Made by a program: the position numbers and the translations under genes. The notes under the pieces were generated by a model, which had not been told where the DNA came from, searched no databases, and worked only from the letters and a program-made list of their open reading frames with translations. A DNA stretch of 64,000 bases from Klebsormidium nitens. Its lineage: Eukaryota > Plantae > Klebsormidiophyceae. Positions 38,701 to 52,774 of this stretch are shown in pieces; the stretch's first letter is position 1, and each line of letters starts with the position of its first letter. Location of the stretch: the NCBI GenBank assembly GCA_000708835.1, contig DF237399.1, positions 12,177 through 76,176 on the forward strand, written 5' to 3'.

Positions 38701-41700
38701 ACGTGCCTCTGCAGGTACCACACGGGCTGCCTGCTGCTTGGCTTTATGAACGGCCCCACCGAAGGCCTGATGATCATCTACTTCGTGCACTGGATCACCG
38801 CCATTTTCGGTGAGTCTCTCAAGAAGCAATCTGGGGTTTGGGTTTACTGCTGTTCGAAATGGCTTCAACGTACAGCGAACCCCCTGGCAATGGCGCTCTC
38901 GAGGGTGGCAACCTGACATCCACAGCATCAGGAAATTCCGACTATAGTTCGTGGCGACCAGAACGGATTGCTCACCAGGATTCTGGTCGCCGAAGCCTCA
39001 TAGGTCTGAGGACAACCCGTTCAGCACTCCACTACTCTTTTTGCAAGCGTTTGGAAGGGAGGGTGTATTGTGCTCCCGAGCCCATCGCTCCGCTGACGTC
39101 CTTCCATATTGTGCCGTTCATTCTATCGCGGTAGTCGGGAGTCCAGCCTTGCTCGTTTCTGTGGCCTGAGCGTGCTCATATCCCTTCCCGATTGCGATGG
39201 AAAGAGAGCGTGGGCGCCCAAATGGTTTGCCGTTCGGCGACGCGAAAAACTGTATCTTAAACCTTGTCGTCGCCTTGACTGTCCTTTGTTCATGCGCGCC
39301 GGCTGTTCGCATCGCACAAGGATGAACCTTTCTCGGAACATCAATCCATCCGGTGCAGTTGCATCCCGCCACGCCCTTAACGGTTTCGAGTCCTGTAACC
39401 CAGATTCAACAGCTGATGTAACTCACACAGCGAGTAATTGACGGGAGTCTCCGGTGCAGGTCCTGAGAGGTGGCTTCTGGACTTCAGGACAGTGTTGGGG
39501 CTGCCCTCCGATCTGCTGATCGACCTTGTTCCAGGTGAGCCGAAAGCTGCGTCTTAGACCGGGAATGTATCGATTCATCGAGCTAGTCGTTTGAGGGACT
39601 GGATCCTCTGAGGTTCGTTGGTTTGGGTAGGTAGAGCGAATCAGTCGGATTCTGAGACCAACTCTAGGTCCTCAGCTCGCTACTCCTGCAGTTCGTTTTG
39701 TCGAAGGATTGGATATGTAAATAATGCAGGGGCATTTAATACTGTCACGGTCGTGAAAGTCAAGCTTGGTTGTCATTGACGCGAGTTTAAGATGGCTAAG
39801 AAGAGCCCCCCCGAGTTTTTCTGGAAGGATGTGGTTATTTTTGCCGAGCTAATCTCCTTGGTGATTCTTGATTCTAGTTCACCCCCACTAATGTATAAAT
39901 CTTTTCTCTTCGAAAAGATTGGAACCCCCTGCTGGCGCCAGTCTTTCAAGGACCCCGAGTCTTTTCCTTGTGTACGAAATCGTTATTGGCCTGGGAGGCA
40001 TTGACGTCTGAAGTCCGTTCGTTATACCTCACCCCGTTTCCTTGAGCCCTCTGCTCCTCAGGGCTGCTTGGATTCCACATCACCAGTATTGTAAAGTTTT
40101 TTTTTGGGAACTTCTTAGTCCTGCAGGAGAAACAATCCTTCTGCAAAAAGGGAGAGCCTTATAATGAAAGCGGTTCGTCGCCATGGCAGGATGTTGACGC
40201 GTCTGTGTTTGCTTTTGCAGAGCTGTGCCTGCGGGACCTGTGCCTGTTCTCGATGCTCTTTGTTGGAGTTGCCGTCACGGTCTCAATCAAGTGAGCTCCC
40301 TCCTGTCCACTTCGAGCCTCCTTTCCGTTCAGTCTGCTCATCTCTTTCTTAAGGGCTCTTTCAGTCAATCATGCGCTCAATCACAGCTCGTTTCGAACAA
40401 TGTCCGCTCGTTGATCTCATTTTCTTGTCTATTTTACTCGTTAGCGGGCTGGTTGATACGATGTGCTTTCAGAAGGTGGCAGGTTGCTTGCATGATAGTA
40501 CGATAAGCTACTTCGGGTTTGAGCCCATGTGTTCGAGTTTGCGGAGTAAGCCCGACGAAGAGGATCTTTTTTCCTTTCCCTAAGCTACTTGCTCTGAAAA
40601 GCTTTAGAGTTTGCTTTTACCGAAACGATTGGGAAGTTGTTAGCGTGGCAGGTTAACCTAATTTGATGACAAGAAGGTTCTACAGTGCTACGGCGACGTG
40701 ATCATTCCACGAATCGACCAGTTCATCGAAGCGGACCCTAACTCGATCATCTTCCCTCCAAAGTGGATCCTCAGAGCCCAGACTTGTTGAAACCTGGAAA
40801 TGGTGTCCTTAATAACGCTATTTCGAAAGACGAAACAGCCCTGCGCAACCATTTGGGTTCCTTGTTGGGCGGACACCGTTGGCACAGACACGCCGTTCAT
40901 TTTTTCCAAAAGCAGCTCTGGGTCAAATCATTCTTGACTCTGACTCTGATCCTTGAGCTTTTCTTCCCCAGCATCGTGAACGTGCACAAGGCCGTGAAGG
41001 AGAAGGGCGGCAGTTTAGTGGAAGCGTGGCTCCAAGTCATCCCCTTCCTCTCCCTGCTCGCAATGCTCTTGATCTGGTGAGTGTCCTGGACTTTCGCCTC
41101 CTAATCGTTCCCGCCGAAAATAGAATAGAATGAAGTGAGGGGCGCTAGCCCCACTAACAAACCTGTTTAAGGGGAGTGCAATGCAATGGGGGGGCGCTAG
41201 CCCCACTTATGAAATCACTGATGGGGCTATTGCCCCCTGCTTCGCTCCAATCCCTTTCGGGGAGCGGCGGTTCGCTCCCGGGAAGGAGTGGAATCGCATA
41301 GCTACGGGCGATCACCTAAATTTGATGAAAAAACCCACTTTCTTCAGAAAATTAGGTCCTATTGACTCTCAAACTACTTCGGTTGATAGTCAATTCCCAG
41401 GTTAAGAACACTTTGTGAATGCTTCTTCTACCATGGCGTCCTGAGACTGCGTGCTTTTGCAAGCTACTAGTATACCAAAACAACGGCCATCTGCAGCGAA
41501 TCTCCACCTACTCAAGGAGCTGGTCATGCTCTTCGATGGCGGAACCGTTTGAGGTTTTGATCTGCTTGTGTCAGAGCCGGAGCTCCTACTCCTAAGCGCA
41601 TGGATTTGAATTTGAATTCTTGGAACTTTGTTCACAGCCCTTGCTTCTATCTGCCGAAGGGCTGCCTTCCTTTGTTAGGGGCCTCAAGTAAACCTCAGGT

Positions 41701-44677
41701 TCGTCGTGAGACACCGTATTTTCACTTAGCTTCGGCCAGAGCTACGGTACTTTGCTTTTTCTCATTCCGTCTATGTCGCTTCTTGCAGGGCCAAGCTTTC
41801 CCCTTCCGACTTGGTCAGGACTCACCCTTTCCTCTTCATCATCGGTAGCGGGTTCGTCTTCGGGTTCTTGGTGGTAAGTTCAGGCGACGCTTCCCCTCTG
41901 CTTCGTGTTTAAACATCAAACTTTAGAAATAATTTTTGAAGCTGTGCTACCTCTCGTGAAGAAGCAATACCTTCCTTCCTGAAGATCGAAAGCGTCTAAT
42001 CCGTTCTATGAATCCTTGTGAATTGCTTTAGCCAGTCTTAAAGAGGATCGTAAAGTCTGTGCATCAAGGCTCCATAGAGGCATCGGATCCTATAGAGGTT
42101 GCGAAGATGAGTCAAGAAATGCTTTGAACCAGAAGTAAAGCAAAGCTTGAAACCCAGAGGCTTGCCCGCTCCGCCCCCATATACACCCGAATAGTGATCC
42201 CCGCATCCCTGGTGATTTTGCAATTCCCTGGTTGTGTTGAGAGAATATTTCTTATGGAGAGTATGTGTGGAGACACGGACTGCAGAAGGGGGGAATGCTA
42301 TGCCCTTTGAGCCCTTATGCGAAAGCCTCTGTTCACATTACACGTCATACATGGAACCCAATCGAACTCGTAGACTCTTAAAGGAGGCCTACCCTTGCGC
42401 TGCGCCGAGTTCTTGCAGATTTTGTACTGGACGCTAAAGCATGAGGGGTGTTCCGAACAAAAGCAAGCGGCGACGTACATGCTGATAACCTGCGTTTCGA
42501 ATCTTTGCAGGGCCGCATGATTCTGGCGCATTTAGCAGACGAGCCCAAAGGTATCAAGACGCATATGAGTACGGTGAGTCGACTTTGGCGGGATGCTTTT
42601 TAAAACGCCGCGACTCCAAGGCGTTCTGCACTGTGCGCGTAGATCATAATACCATTAGGTTCTGATTCTGCACGTCAGACCCCCTCAGATTTTCGGTCTG
42701 CGATGATTTAGAATGCTTGGAAGCCTCTGTCACTGTAAAGATCAGGATTCGTTGCAGAATCGGGTATATGTGAAAGCGAAATGTCTGCTGAGCACTTTTA
42801 ACAAACAAACTATGGTTTTTTTACGCGGTCGACAGTCTGTAGTCAATCTGTCACACAGCAGTGAACTTGCGGCGTTGGAAAAAGATTGAGCTGCGCCTGG
42901 AGTACAATCCGAAGATTGCGTATCTACTCTGGTGGCGCTTTTTGCGGGAGTCAGGTGCAATTTGAGCGGGAGGTGTCTGAGCGAATGTTTCTCCGTGCAG
43001 GCCATGCTCTTCATTCCCCTAGGTATAGCCAACGCGCTTACTGCACAGCTCTTCGACGGGTGAGATTTTGATTTTCACTCTCTTTTTCTCTACAAGATTA
43101 TCTTAGTCGACCCCTTTGTCTTCTTGTACAAATTATGCGCTTCCCTTAAACCTGTTCGGATGCGGAAGCCCTTCGCTATCGGTATCAAAGTCGTCCGGAA
43201 AGTCGTCCATCTTCCGCACGCAATTTTGGACCCTTTGCACGTACCCTCCCTTCCTTCTCTTTCCATCTTGCACCGACCGTTTTCGCCAGAAGAAAAGCAC
43301 TCTTTAGAATAGACGTGTTTTAGATGTGATTGGCTTCGACACCGAGGTCTAGCCCCCTACGAGCTTTCTAAACACCTCGTCCCCATCCTGTTTTCCGGTC
43401 TCGTCCTATTCAGCTCTTCGAAGTCCGCTCCCTCTGCGTCGCTCCTTATCAGCAAGAACTCGTTGTCGCGCCTACTTTACTTTCTCACCCGCTACTTTCT
43501 CACCCGTCTTGAGTGCGCTCACCATCTTTTGTCCGTTTGGGGTCCCCTTCCTACCGGGTTGGCTTCCGCTTTTAAACTTTCACCACCAATTACTAGTTGT
43601 TGTGCCCTCTGCCGTGAGGCCAGCTAGAAAAGCATCCCCCCCTTTCCGTGTCCCCGTCCCCCCTTTTCTGTCCGTAGCCCCCCCCCTTCTTCTCAGTACC
43701 CCGGTGCTGGTCAAGACCCTTAATGGAACCGCTCTTTGCTTCTGCAGGCAGCCAATCATCCCCGAGTACTGGATGCTGATAGCTTACAACGTCTGGAGTG
43801 GTGAGTTTTGAGACCACTTGCCTCTCTCTTACGGAAACGGCTGTCAGAGATTCTGCACGAGTTTTGCAACTGGAAAGTGCGAGAACTCGCCATGTCGACC
43901 TCGCAAACAGTCGCCAGAGCGTTCAGCTGCGATCGCGAAGAGGTTTGCTTTCCGCAGTTTAGCTGCTGTGAGAGGAGCGCAGACATTGTCAACGGTTGCC
44001 GCTGTTCACATGTTGATTTTGTAGGAAAGCTTTGTCCCTTATAGCGGGCGACTGGTTGAGGAGCAAGATTTTGCATGCAAAGTCTTGAGTATTTCAGTGC
44101 CCCATGTATGGTTCCTAAGTGCCGTTCCCCGCCTGATTGCCTGCGTTCTTTCTCTTGTGTCCAGCTGGTCTCTACTTCTATTTTGTGAGCAACGTAATCG
44201 TGGAGATTCAACAAGCCCTGGGGATATCGGCCTTCAAGTAAGCTCGATTTCGGCTCTCACTTCGAACTGCTGACGTCACTGTCGAAATGCGCACTGCTGA
44301 CTCAATGGACGAGCATGCCGTCATGGTCTTGGTCTGCCAGGAGTGTCGTGTTTTGATCCTTGGAACTTGATCGTCATTTTAGAGTCTTGCTTCACTACTG
44401 CGCCGTCTTTGTTTTCACGTAGTGCGAAAGTTTTGGGGATGCTCGACTACGATGACTTTGTTGGGACTAACATGCGTTGAAGGTTGAACGTAAGCAAATC
44501 GCTTTGTTTATGATGGCTCTCTGGTAAATGGAGAACCAGTTTGTAAGGATGTTGTCCTGACGGTCCAGAAGGATGGACCATCTGGACGTACGGTCAAATT
44601 TGGTAACGTGTGAAATTGATTACTGTCTGTTTGTCTATCTGGACAGGATCAAGAGGCAACCCGAGAAGGCAAGTTGA
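35730..44677 (+). CDS. AAPT: Aminoalcoholphosphotransferase (choline/ethanolamine phosphotransferase)
   Basis: Exons 35730-35866, 36164-36173, 36339-36389, 36787-36864, 37462-37560, 38012-38112, 38715-38809, 39460-39534, 40221-40290, 40972-41076, 41789-41873, 42511-42573, 43001-43059, 43748-43800, 44165-44237, 44647-44677. Contains the CDP-alcohol phosphotransferase motif [26 protein letters not shown], plus NGPTEGL and GRMILAHL. Confidence 0.96.
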
Positions 44678-45727
44678 CAGAAGAGACGGAGGTTATGCGG
44701 AGTTAGGATTTTTGCGTTAGCTGAGGTTGTTGTCAGCATTTTGTGCACTGTACGGGCATGCTACGTTATCAGTCTAGCTAGTATAGGTGATCTGCGCAAT
44801 TCTTTGCCCCTTCCTGTGAAGGGAGTTGCTTGTGGTTGGAGGGACTATATGTCAATTCTGTCAGTGGATAAGCAGAGTTCTGGCTCTGTGGGTCCAGTCA
44901 CATGTACTGCTTTTGCTTTGATCATTGAAACGGATGGACACTTCGTCAGGCTGTGCAATGGCGATTAATAACATGGTGGCAGTGGACCACCCATCCGATC
45001 ACCCCATCACCGGCGGTGCACATGTGTGCATGTTGGCATCCGATCATTGAAACGAAAGAATTCATGCCAGTATACGAGATATCGACTTCATCATTGCAGT
45101 AAGTTTGCAGATGCACTGATATGAAGATTGGCTGCACATCATCTTGCCAGAGCCGGCGGCTGCAACCATGCTCAGTGACAGTGAGCGCATACACAATTAA
45201 GATATAGTTGATTGCTCTGTCGCGTGCATGATCATTTGGACGACCTAGTCAATGACGCGTTTCGCGGCATTCCTGCAGTTTTGCGACGTGACGATAGTCA
45301 TAACGCAACTGGCGCGGTTAGCTGAGAGGTACCAGGAATGCAGCTACAGGGCGTATGCGCCACATATGGTCATAACTTTTGTAGGTTTGAGACGCGCACG
45401 GCGGGCTTCGGTTGGTAAACGACCAAAAATATTTCGAGTGCTCACTACTTCAATGGATCTCAAGATGCTCAGGGATGGGTCTAGCGATTCTACTCAGTGA
45501 GCTCTGTGATACTAATCAATTTCGTACGCAAAAGAAAGGAAACTGAAGAACAAATAATAGCCCGGCCATTTGCCTCGTCAAGATGCATGAGTCTGGCTAA
45601 GGACTACGAATATCCACTTTGTACTCCAATTACTTTTGTCCACCTTAATTGGCGAGTCTGTCACGACCGTTACGACTGAATGTCTGCTCATGTAATTCGC
45701 GATCCCCTAGATCGCAAACCTACCTAC

Positions 45728-46971
45728 TTATGTCGGCAATGCACCATCAGATCCTTCCGGAAAAGTCACACAACGCAGCACTTTACACCGGGGGCACATC
45801 AACACTCCTGCCTGCAAGGAACAAAGCTGAGGGTTGATCATTGTACCCGAGTACGAGAAGCTTCTCTGGCAAATTTGACAAAGTTGACTGCATGGGGTAC
45901 ATAAACAATTGAGCCAACGAATGTTTGATCAACAACATGGGATGCCCTCAACCAAAACATATTCTGTCATCTTGTAGCTACTTCAGAATCATGTGCAACT
46001 TGACTACGGTCTAAACACTCAAGCTATTGCACCAGTTGAAACCTTGGCACAATCACAAAGCAGCCAGGAGGCAGACAGAAGTATTATAAGTTGGGAGGAA
46101 GATTCACATGAAGCTTCCACTCACCGCTCGACAGGAAGGACAGCGTCGATACAGCTTTTTCTTCACTTGTATGTTAACCTTTTCTCCTCGGCAGAAATCG
46201 CATATAAGCCAACCACTCCCCAGACAAATGTCGCATGGAATTTCCGCCTTGAAAGGAAGGGGAATCTGCCGGAGGTAAGAGGAGAGAAGCCATTTAAGAA
46301 GTAATCAGTGATTGTCCCTTATACAAAGTCCTCCACCCTTCTTGGTGCAATTGACCACTGCTGTCCATTGGGGAATGTGCCACTAAGGAGAGGAGACACT
46401 ACAAATGAGCTTTCACGTAGCGAGGAGTCTTCCACGATTCCTTGTGTGGCATAGGCCAAGTAATGAAGGCTGTGAGAGCATGCTTCATCAAAGCTTTTGA
46501 GACTGCCACATTACTGAGCAATTTGTGAAGTTACGCCAAGCGGTTAAATCACTGAATCAACTACTTCAACGAACATAAACATATATTGCTGCACAATCTG
46601 TGCTGTCAGCATTCTTGATGAAGCGGGATATGCACAGGTGGCGTCTCACTTTTAACCAAACCCAGGGGCATGCCATTCTGGTACCACCATTGTGATGCCT
46701 GAAGAAACAATCAGAAGATTTGTAAAATTGAGTCCCTTACATGGAGGTCTTCTGGTCCGTTCTCCGCCCTTACTTTACTGCCACTTTGTCGGCACACATT
46801 CTTCCGGTCAGCTATGCCCCTAAACTCTCTACAAAACGAATTAGGGACTCTTTTTAAGGACTGCGAAAAGGCGCGTGAGGAAGAAATCTCTGAGCTGGAT
46901 TCACCACACGATTGGCGCCCTGCCCAAACCCCGCTGGGCCCGCACTTCCGAAGAAGGACTGCCTCCAACAT
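45728..46971 (-). CDS. DnaJ/Hsp40-type cysteine-rich zinc-finger protein, probably plastid-targeted
   Basis: Exons 46971-46741 (Ser/Arg-rich, transit-peptide-like; start uncertain), 46265-46125 (CDICLGSGWLICDFCRGEKVN...YRRCPSCRA), 45811-45728 (AGVLMCPRCKVLRCVTFPEGSDG...*). The zinc-finger exons are absent from the ORF track. Confidence 0.85.
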
Positions 46972-47740
46972 CCTTCAACACTGCTGCATTTGAGAATACC
47001 TATGCCCTCGAAGGCGGCGTTTGAGCTATGGTGGGAGCTTACATCAGGTCCCACATCATTCTCATTAGAGCAGCTGAGACGCTTAGAAATTCGATGATGT
47101 CAGTGCCACTGTAGCATAAAGAAGACATATATTCGCTGCATAATTTGCGCTCATATGCAGTACAGCATGGATTGCTCACAAACACGCAGAAACTTATCTT
47201 GAATATTGCCGATTGAGGGCAGCCTGCCCTCAGAAGAACGTAAAACGGTCACTGTATAATCGAAGAAAAAGACAATAGGCGCATGCAGGCACGTTTTGCA
47301 AGCGGACTTCGGAGACCAAATTTTTGAATCAGAAGGAAATTGGAGGAAGAAGAGGGAAGGAGGGGGAAAGAGGGAGAAGGAGCCCGAGGCCGAGGGAGGA
47401 GCTAGGACTCGGAGGACAATGGAAGTAGGAGACGTGAGACTGGCTTACGAGCCCAATCCACTTCGCTGCGCTGCTATTCTAGCAGCATTGGCAGAGGGTA
47501 TAAAAGTGGTCCTGAATTCGGGCGCATTTGCCAAACCGCTGATTGAAAGCCTGGTTCTCAAGAAGCTATCGGCCTGGAGACCGCTGTCAAGCGGAAGGCA
47601 ATCAGCACTTTTGTATCCGGCAGTATCTTAGCAGCATTGAAGGTGCTCTGAGGAGCTGCTGCACCTTAGTCTCCAAAGCCTTCAGGGTCAACGTTGTATC
47701 AGAAACGCAACAACCAGCCTTCACTTTTTGTTATTCAAAA

Positions 47741-50562
47741 ATGGCAGGCACTTTGCGTACTTCCCTTTTGCCTGCGAGTGGCAACCTGACAACTGGCCTC
47801 GACGGTCAGAGCACCAGGCAAAACGCTGCGAATTCAATGCTCCCAACAACTCCCCAGGCGAGCGCTGCTCAAGGGCTGAAAGGCCCGGTCATGATGAGTG
47901 CGCCCAAGTTGAAGCTTGTTGGGATTGGAGGCTCACTGAGGAAGGCGTCCTGCAACAAGGGTCTGCTCAGAGCAGGTAACAGCTCTCTTCAAAACTTCTG
48001 CTCATTGTTAATCATGATGCGCATTTTGTTCCTCTATCAGTGACTTATTTTTGCGTGGGCAAGATGTTGCCCCGAAGAATTTTGAAGGGAGATATCAATC
48101 ATGTTCTGCCACCCTGGTACTAATAAGCTCAATGCACAGAGCGCTGCTCATCAAGAATATGCTGAAGAGTTCTGTGAAGTCAATTCATGTATCTACCCCC
48201 TGCCATGAGCCCCTTGCGAAGCATTACGTTCCAAAAGAGTAGACTTGACATCGTTGCCATTCTGTTAAGGAACTCCTCATATGGAGCAAGCCAGCTTTGC
48301 TTGCGTCGCCCTGGTTGAGAGTTGTATGGAATTACTTCTGTCGCATGCAGAAGGTGTTTCTTCAGGACAATGAGCTGCCCCTTTCTTTGCACAATCATTT
48401 TTGTCACTTGCATACTCCCTTTTTTCATCTCTTCTCCTCTGAACCTGAGATTGCATATTAGACCGTGAGTGTGGCTTTCTCGATTACCTTTCAACTTTGA
48501 GTAAAGAGCCCTTACTCTCTTGACTTACGCATGTCCTGTCATACGGCTGCTCTCACATCCGCTGCATTCCCTCGAATCTCTGTCAACCAAGTGGTCTTGA
48601 CAATCATTTGTCATCTGGTGCCAGGTCTTGAGTATGCCAATACCCTGCCCGGCATTGACGCCGTTACTGCGGACTACAGCCAACTGCCCCTTTACAACGG
48701 TGACCTCGAGACCAAGGAAGGTGACATCATCAGGTTTCCCCCTGAAGTGGAGGAGTTCCGAGCCCTGGTCGCATCCGCAGACGCCTTCCTGTTTGCCGTT
48801 CCGGAATACAACTACTCTCTTCCAGGTGCGGCGTTGACGGTCCTTAGTTAGAAGAGCCCGCCTCATGGCAAAGGTCGATCAGCACATTCGAAACACAACC
48901 CGGCCTTCGCTGGTCCAGTCGGAATAAAGGTCCCTGTTAAGAGGAAGTCGAGTGACATTTCGTGACATGCTTGTATCAGAGCTCCACACCAACAGTTAAG
49001 CTTTGCAGTTTGCAAGTTCTTGGGGCAAATACTCTGGCTAGAGGAACGGGCATCTTTTTCTAGACCTCCACAGAACTTCCGTCTTTGTGGGTCGAGGACG
49101 TTTCAGGGCTTTGTTGGCGTTTCGCTTGCCTGCATCTATTTACCGCCGATGCTTTAAAGATGCACGCCAGTTTGGGGTTTGCATCAGCACCGTGTGGAAC
49201 CTGAAATGTAAAACTTGGCTTGCTTTCGATGATTTTACTGATATCCCTTTTTATCTCCATTGACAGGGGCCGTTGGCGTTGGATCCGCGCCAGGTCCTGA
49301 CAACCCCCTCTCTGAACAGCGCTTGCAACAGCCTAATCCCTCTCACTTTGCAAGGCTCTCAAAAACCCGTTTCCTCTGGATCCAGATGGGAAGAGATTAT
49401 TCGGAATCCACGAGCCGTTACTCCTAGCGCTGTGACCTCATTTTGCCACCCTTGCGTTTGAGTTGCAGGCGTCCTCAAGAACGCCATAGACTGGGCCTCT
49501 CGTGCCCCCAACTGCTTTGCCGACAAGCCAGCAGCAGTCCTCGCAGCGGGGGGGATATCTGGAGGCATGCGTTCTGCAAATCACCTGCGCCAGGTAGGAC
49601 GGTCATCGATCTTCCCGGGCTTGTCCCGATTTTTGTCCGAGAAGTCTGTTTCACAAGTTCTGCTTTGAGGAACATGGGGTGATTTTAGCTCCAAACAGTC
49701 GGATATGTTTGGGTCACGAATTAGTGAAAGTCCTTATATTTGCGTCCACTTGTCTTTTATCAGCCCTGTAATGCCAACGTTATGTCTGCCCGTACAAGGG
49801 GCAAATTACACGTGGACTCGGGAAAATGCTATTCATTGCCATGGTTAAGCCTTGCGCTCGTGCCTTTACTGAAGAGCAAGGCTTTGTCCGCCATCAGTTC
49901 TGGGTCGATTTGTTCACCGAGGCCAATTCGTTTCCACCTTTGTCCTCTGGTCATCTCCGTCGTCATTTTCAAGCCGGATGGCTCTTCCTTCGTCACATCA
50001 ATGCTTCCATACACCGCTTCGCTCAAGCACGGCCATCATTCATTCTCCAAACTTTTAATTTCGCAAGGAAGAGGTTGCGGAACCTTCGGCCCATAAACGT
50101 CCTATGAGCTGATTCCGTCCAGTCTGATCACTACAGTGAAGAATGGTGCTCTGTTGCTTGATCCTCCATTTGTGTACGTTTTGAGTGTCATATTGACCCA
50201 CGATTCCTCTAGTCAGTTGTTACTAGCGCTCGTCTTTCAACGTCGAGCAGGTGAAGCTACATTTTAGCAGATCCAGTACAGTCGCTCCTTTTCTTCGTAT
50301 CGATCACAACAAAGCCACCACGAATCAAACATAAGGTGCCCGAAACCACTCTCTTTGCCCGCTCTCTCAGGTGGGCGTCTTCTTAGACCTGCACTTCATC
50401 AACAAGCCAGAGTTACACGTGCAGATATTTAGTAAGCCCTCACCATTCGATGCCGAGGGAAACGTGATTGACGAGAAGACAACCGAGCGCATTCATCGTG
50501 TTGTAGATTCACTGAGGGCTTTTACCTACCGCCTCCACAGGGCAGCTAAAACTGAGCAATGA
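47741..50562 (+). CDS. NQR: NADPH-dependent FMN / quinone reductase, copy 1 (with ~50-aa N-terminal extension)
   Basis: Exons 47741-47975, 48625-48825, 49469-49593, 50371-50562. Motifs GSLRKASCNKGLLRA, PEYNYS, LKNAIDWASR, HLRQVGVFLDLHFINKPE. The start codon is uncertain (47741 versus the Met pair near 47891). Confidence 0.92.
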
Positions 50563-52774
50563 GGAAGCTCACTGATGGTTTTCGCCTAAAAGTTGGTCGT
50601 TGTCCAACGCCCCTTCAGATGTTGAAACTGTGGGAGTACCATAGTAGGATCGATCGATTGGACTGGGATCATGTGCTAGGCTAGTGTAAATTAGGGGCTG
50701 ATTCGGGTTCAGAAGGAACATCTGAGCTATGGTCTGAGGGGATTGACTGAACTGTGGACTTCTTGGGCCGCAGCTCTTGAGTGGTCTATGCTACAGGTTG
50801 AATAGGACCCTCAGTGCGTACTTATTGTAGCGTTGCTTTGGAGTTCCGCAGGAAATGTTTGTGGGTAGCAAAACGAGAAGCATGCAAAAGCCAGCTTTCC
50901 GACTAGGTCCGATAGGGTTTGGCAATTCCTCTAACACACGTTGAGTGATGGGACCATAGACTTCTTCACATTGCATTCGACAGTAGCAAGCAACTTTCAT
51001 TCCAACCTTTTTAGATTTGAACTTGGTGACTCACTAGAAGCTGACATGTCATCCTTGCTTTGTGAATATATGCGTTGTCAAGTTCATGTTCCTGCCAAAG
51101 ACCATAACACATGTTGAATGTATGTATGTGTACATATTAACTGCGTCCTGGTGAAGCAAATGGCATGTCAATTGAGTCTTTAAGGAACCCTGAGCGTCCA
51201 TTGGGTTGTTACACTGTGTTACAATAGTCTGTACGTAAATATTTGGATGCATATTATTCCCCAGTTGCAATTCTTGGCAACTTAATGCAGAACGTTGAAA
51301 TACTTCATGGACGTCATTGAGGGCCTATGCGTTATACTTATAATTTGACCCTTCTCAGGAACCGAAGTCGGGCTGGCTCTTGCGACTCGATAACACACAA
51401 GACTAGTACGTGATGGTCTCCGAGTTTTCGTACGCGCCCCGCGGGCCGTATCCAAATAGGCCAAAGGCTTCTCATGTGGCATACATGTATGAAGTTGTGT
51501 CTTTTGCTTAGATCCTAGAGCTCTGCATCTCATGGACTATGCTCGTCTCTACCAAAAAGATGCCATTGCATCGTCTCTTTTCAAGGATTCTCGATGAACA
51601 TTGCGCGCACAACGTCAACATCACCATCATTGCATGTAGGTAGTATGTCTGGCGGCCGCGCGCATGCAGCCGAGGACCTATATATGCGCGCGCGTATTTG
51701 AGCGCCTTCACGGTTGTAACTTGCAGGCTGTACATAGCTACGCGTTACAGCCTGCAGGCGGCACGCTGTGCACGCATGCTCTTTTCCCGAACCCCCGTAG
51801 GATCAGAAGTGGAACTTGGTTGAATGCCAACTTGAAGATGGAAGGCCCCAATCAGAGCATGATCACAAACACAGAGAGCACCTGGTCCTGGAGCTGATTG
51901 GGACAATAGGTGCTGCAGGAGGTGCCAAAGTGTGCCGCTTTTAGGCATTGCGCCGGTGATAGAGGTGAGCGAGACGCGCTTCTTTGCTGAGTCCCTTGAA
52001 TCAACTTGAGCTGCTGCATTTTTGAAGCAACAGTCAATTGCAGGTCGGTGCACAGACTGGTGGTGAAGTCTGTTTGTTGAGCGGTGATGAACATGCACCA
52101 CCTCTTCTGTAATCCCGCAGGTAATCTATGCAATGACTTTCCCACCAATGCAAGCAGACGGCATGGTGCAGGGGGAAAGCGCCACGATCGAGAAAACGCG
52201 GAAGGACTTGCATTACATTATTTAGCATCTGGGGCAAAATGCGCAATGCTGCCAATTCTCCGCACCAAATCATGCCCAACGCAGTGATACAAAAAGCATC
52301 CCCAAGCGCAGATTACACAGCTTGTCAATATGTCAAAAGTTGAACGCCTCAATTGCGAAGATGGCTGATGACAGGAATTTAATAGGCGGCATTACTGCTG
52401 CTTACAGGCACATTCAGCCGATCGTGATCGCGGTTCATTGCATTTGCAGATGTTACTTAGGCATGCTTGTGACATCACTGTGATGTATCCGCAGAGTGAA
52501 GTTCATTGTGACGCTTGCTTGGAAAGTTGGCTTTTGAACATGGTCAAAAGCGTGGTTCCAAAAAGGTCACATGAACTAAGCTCTTGCTTAAAACGAGTTT
52601 AATCAGGGGATCAATCTTGTTGAACCATGACGAAAGCTCAATTTGCCAGGCGATTTTAAAAGCAGTTGTGAGGTTGATACTGCACCATGTGACGGGTCGT
52701 CTGATTGAAGGTGGTCAAAGCCTGTTGATTGAGCATTTGGAATTGGCTGCTCACAGGCTGAAGGTTTTCTTGAA

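Noticed and set aside
50600-52750. Short ORFs between the NQR paralogs
   Set aside because: No family motifs or phase-consistent exons found. Treated as UTR or intergenic.
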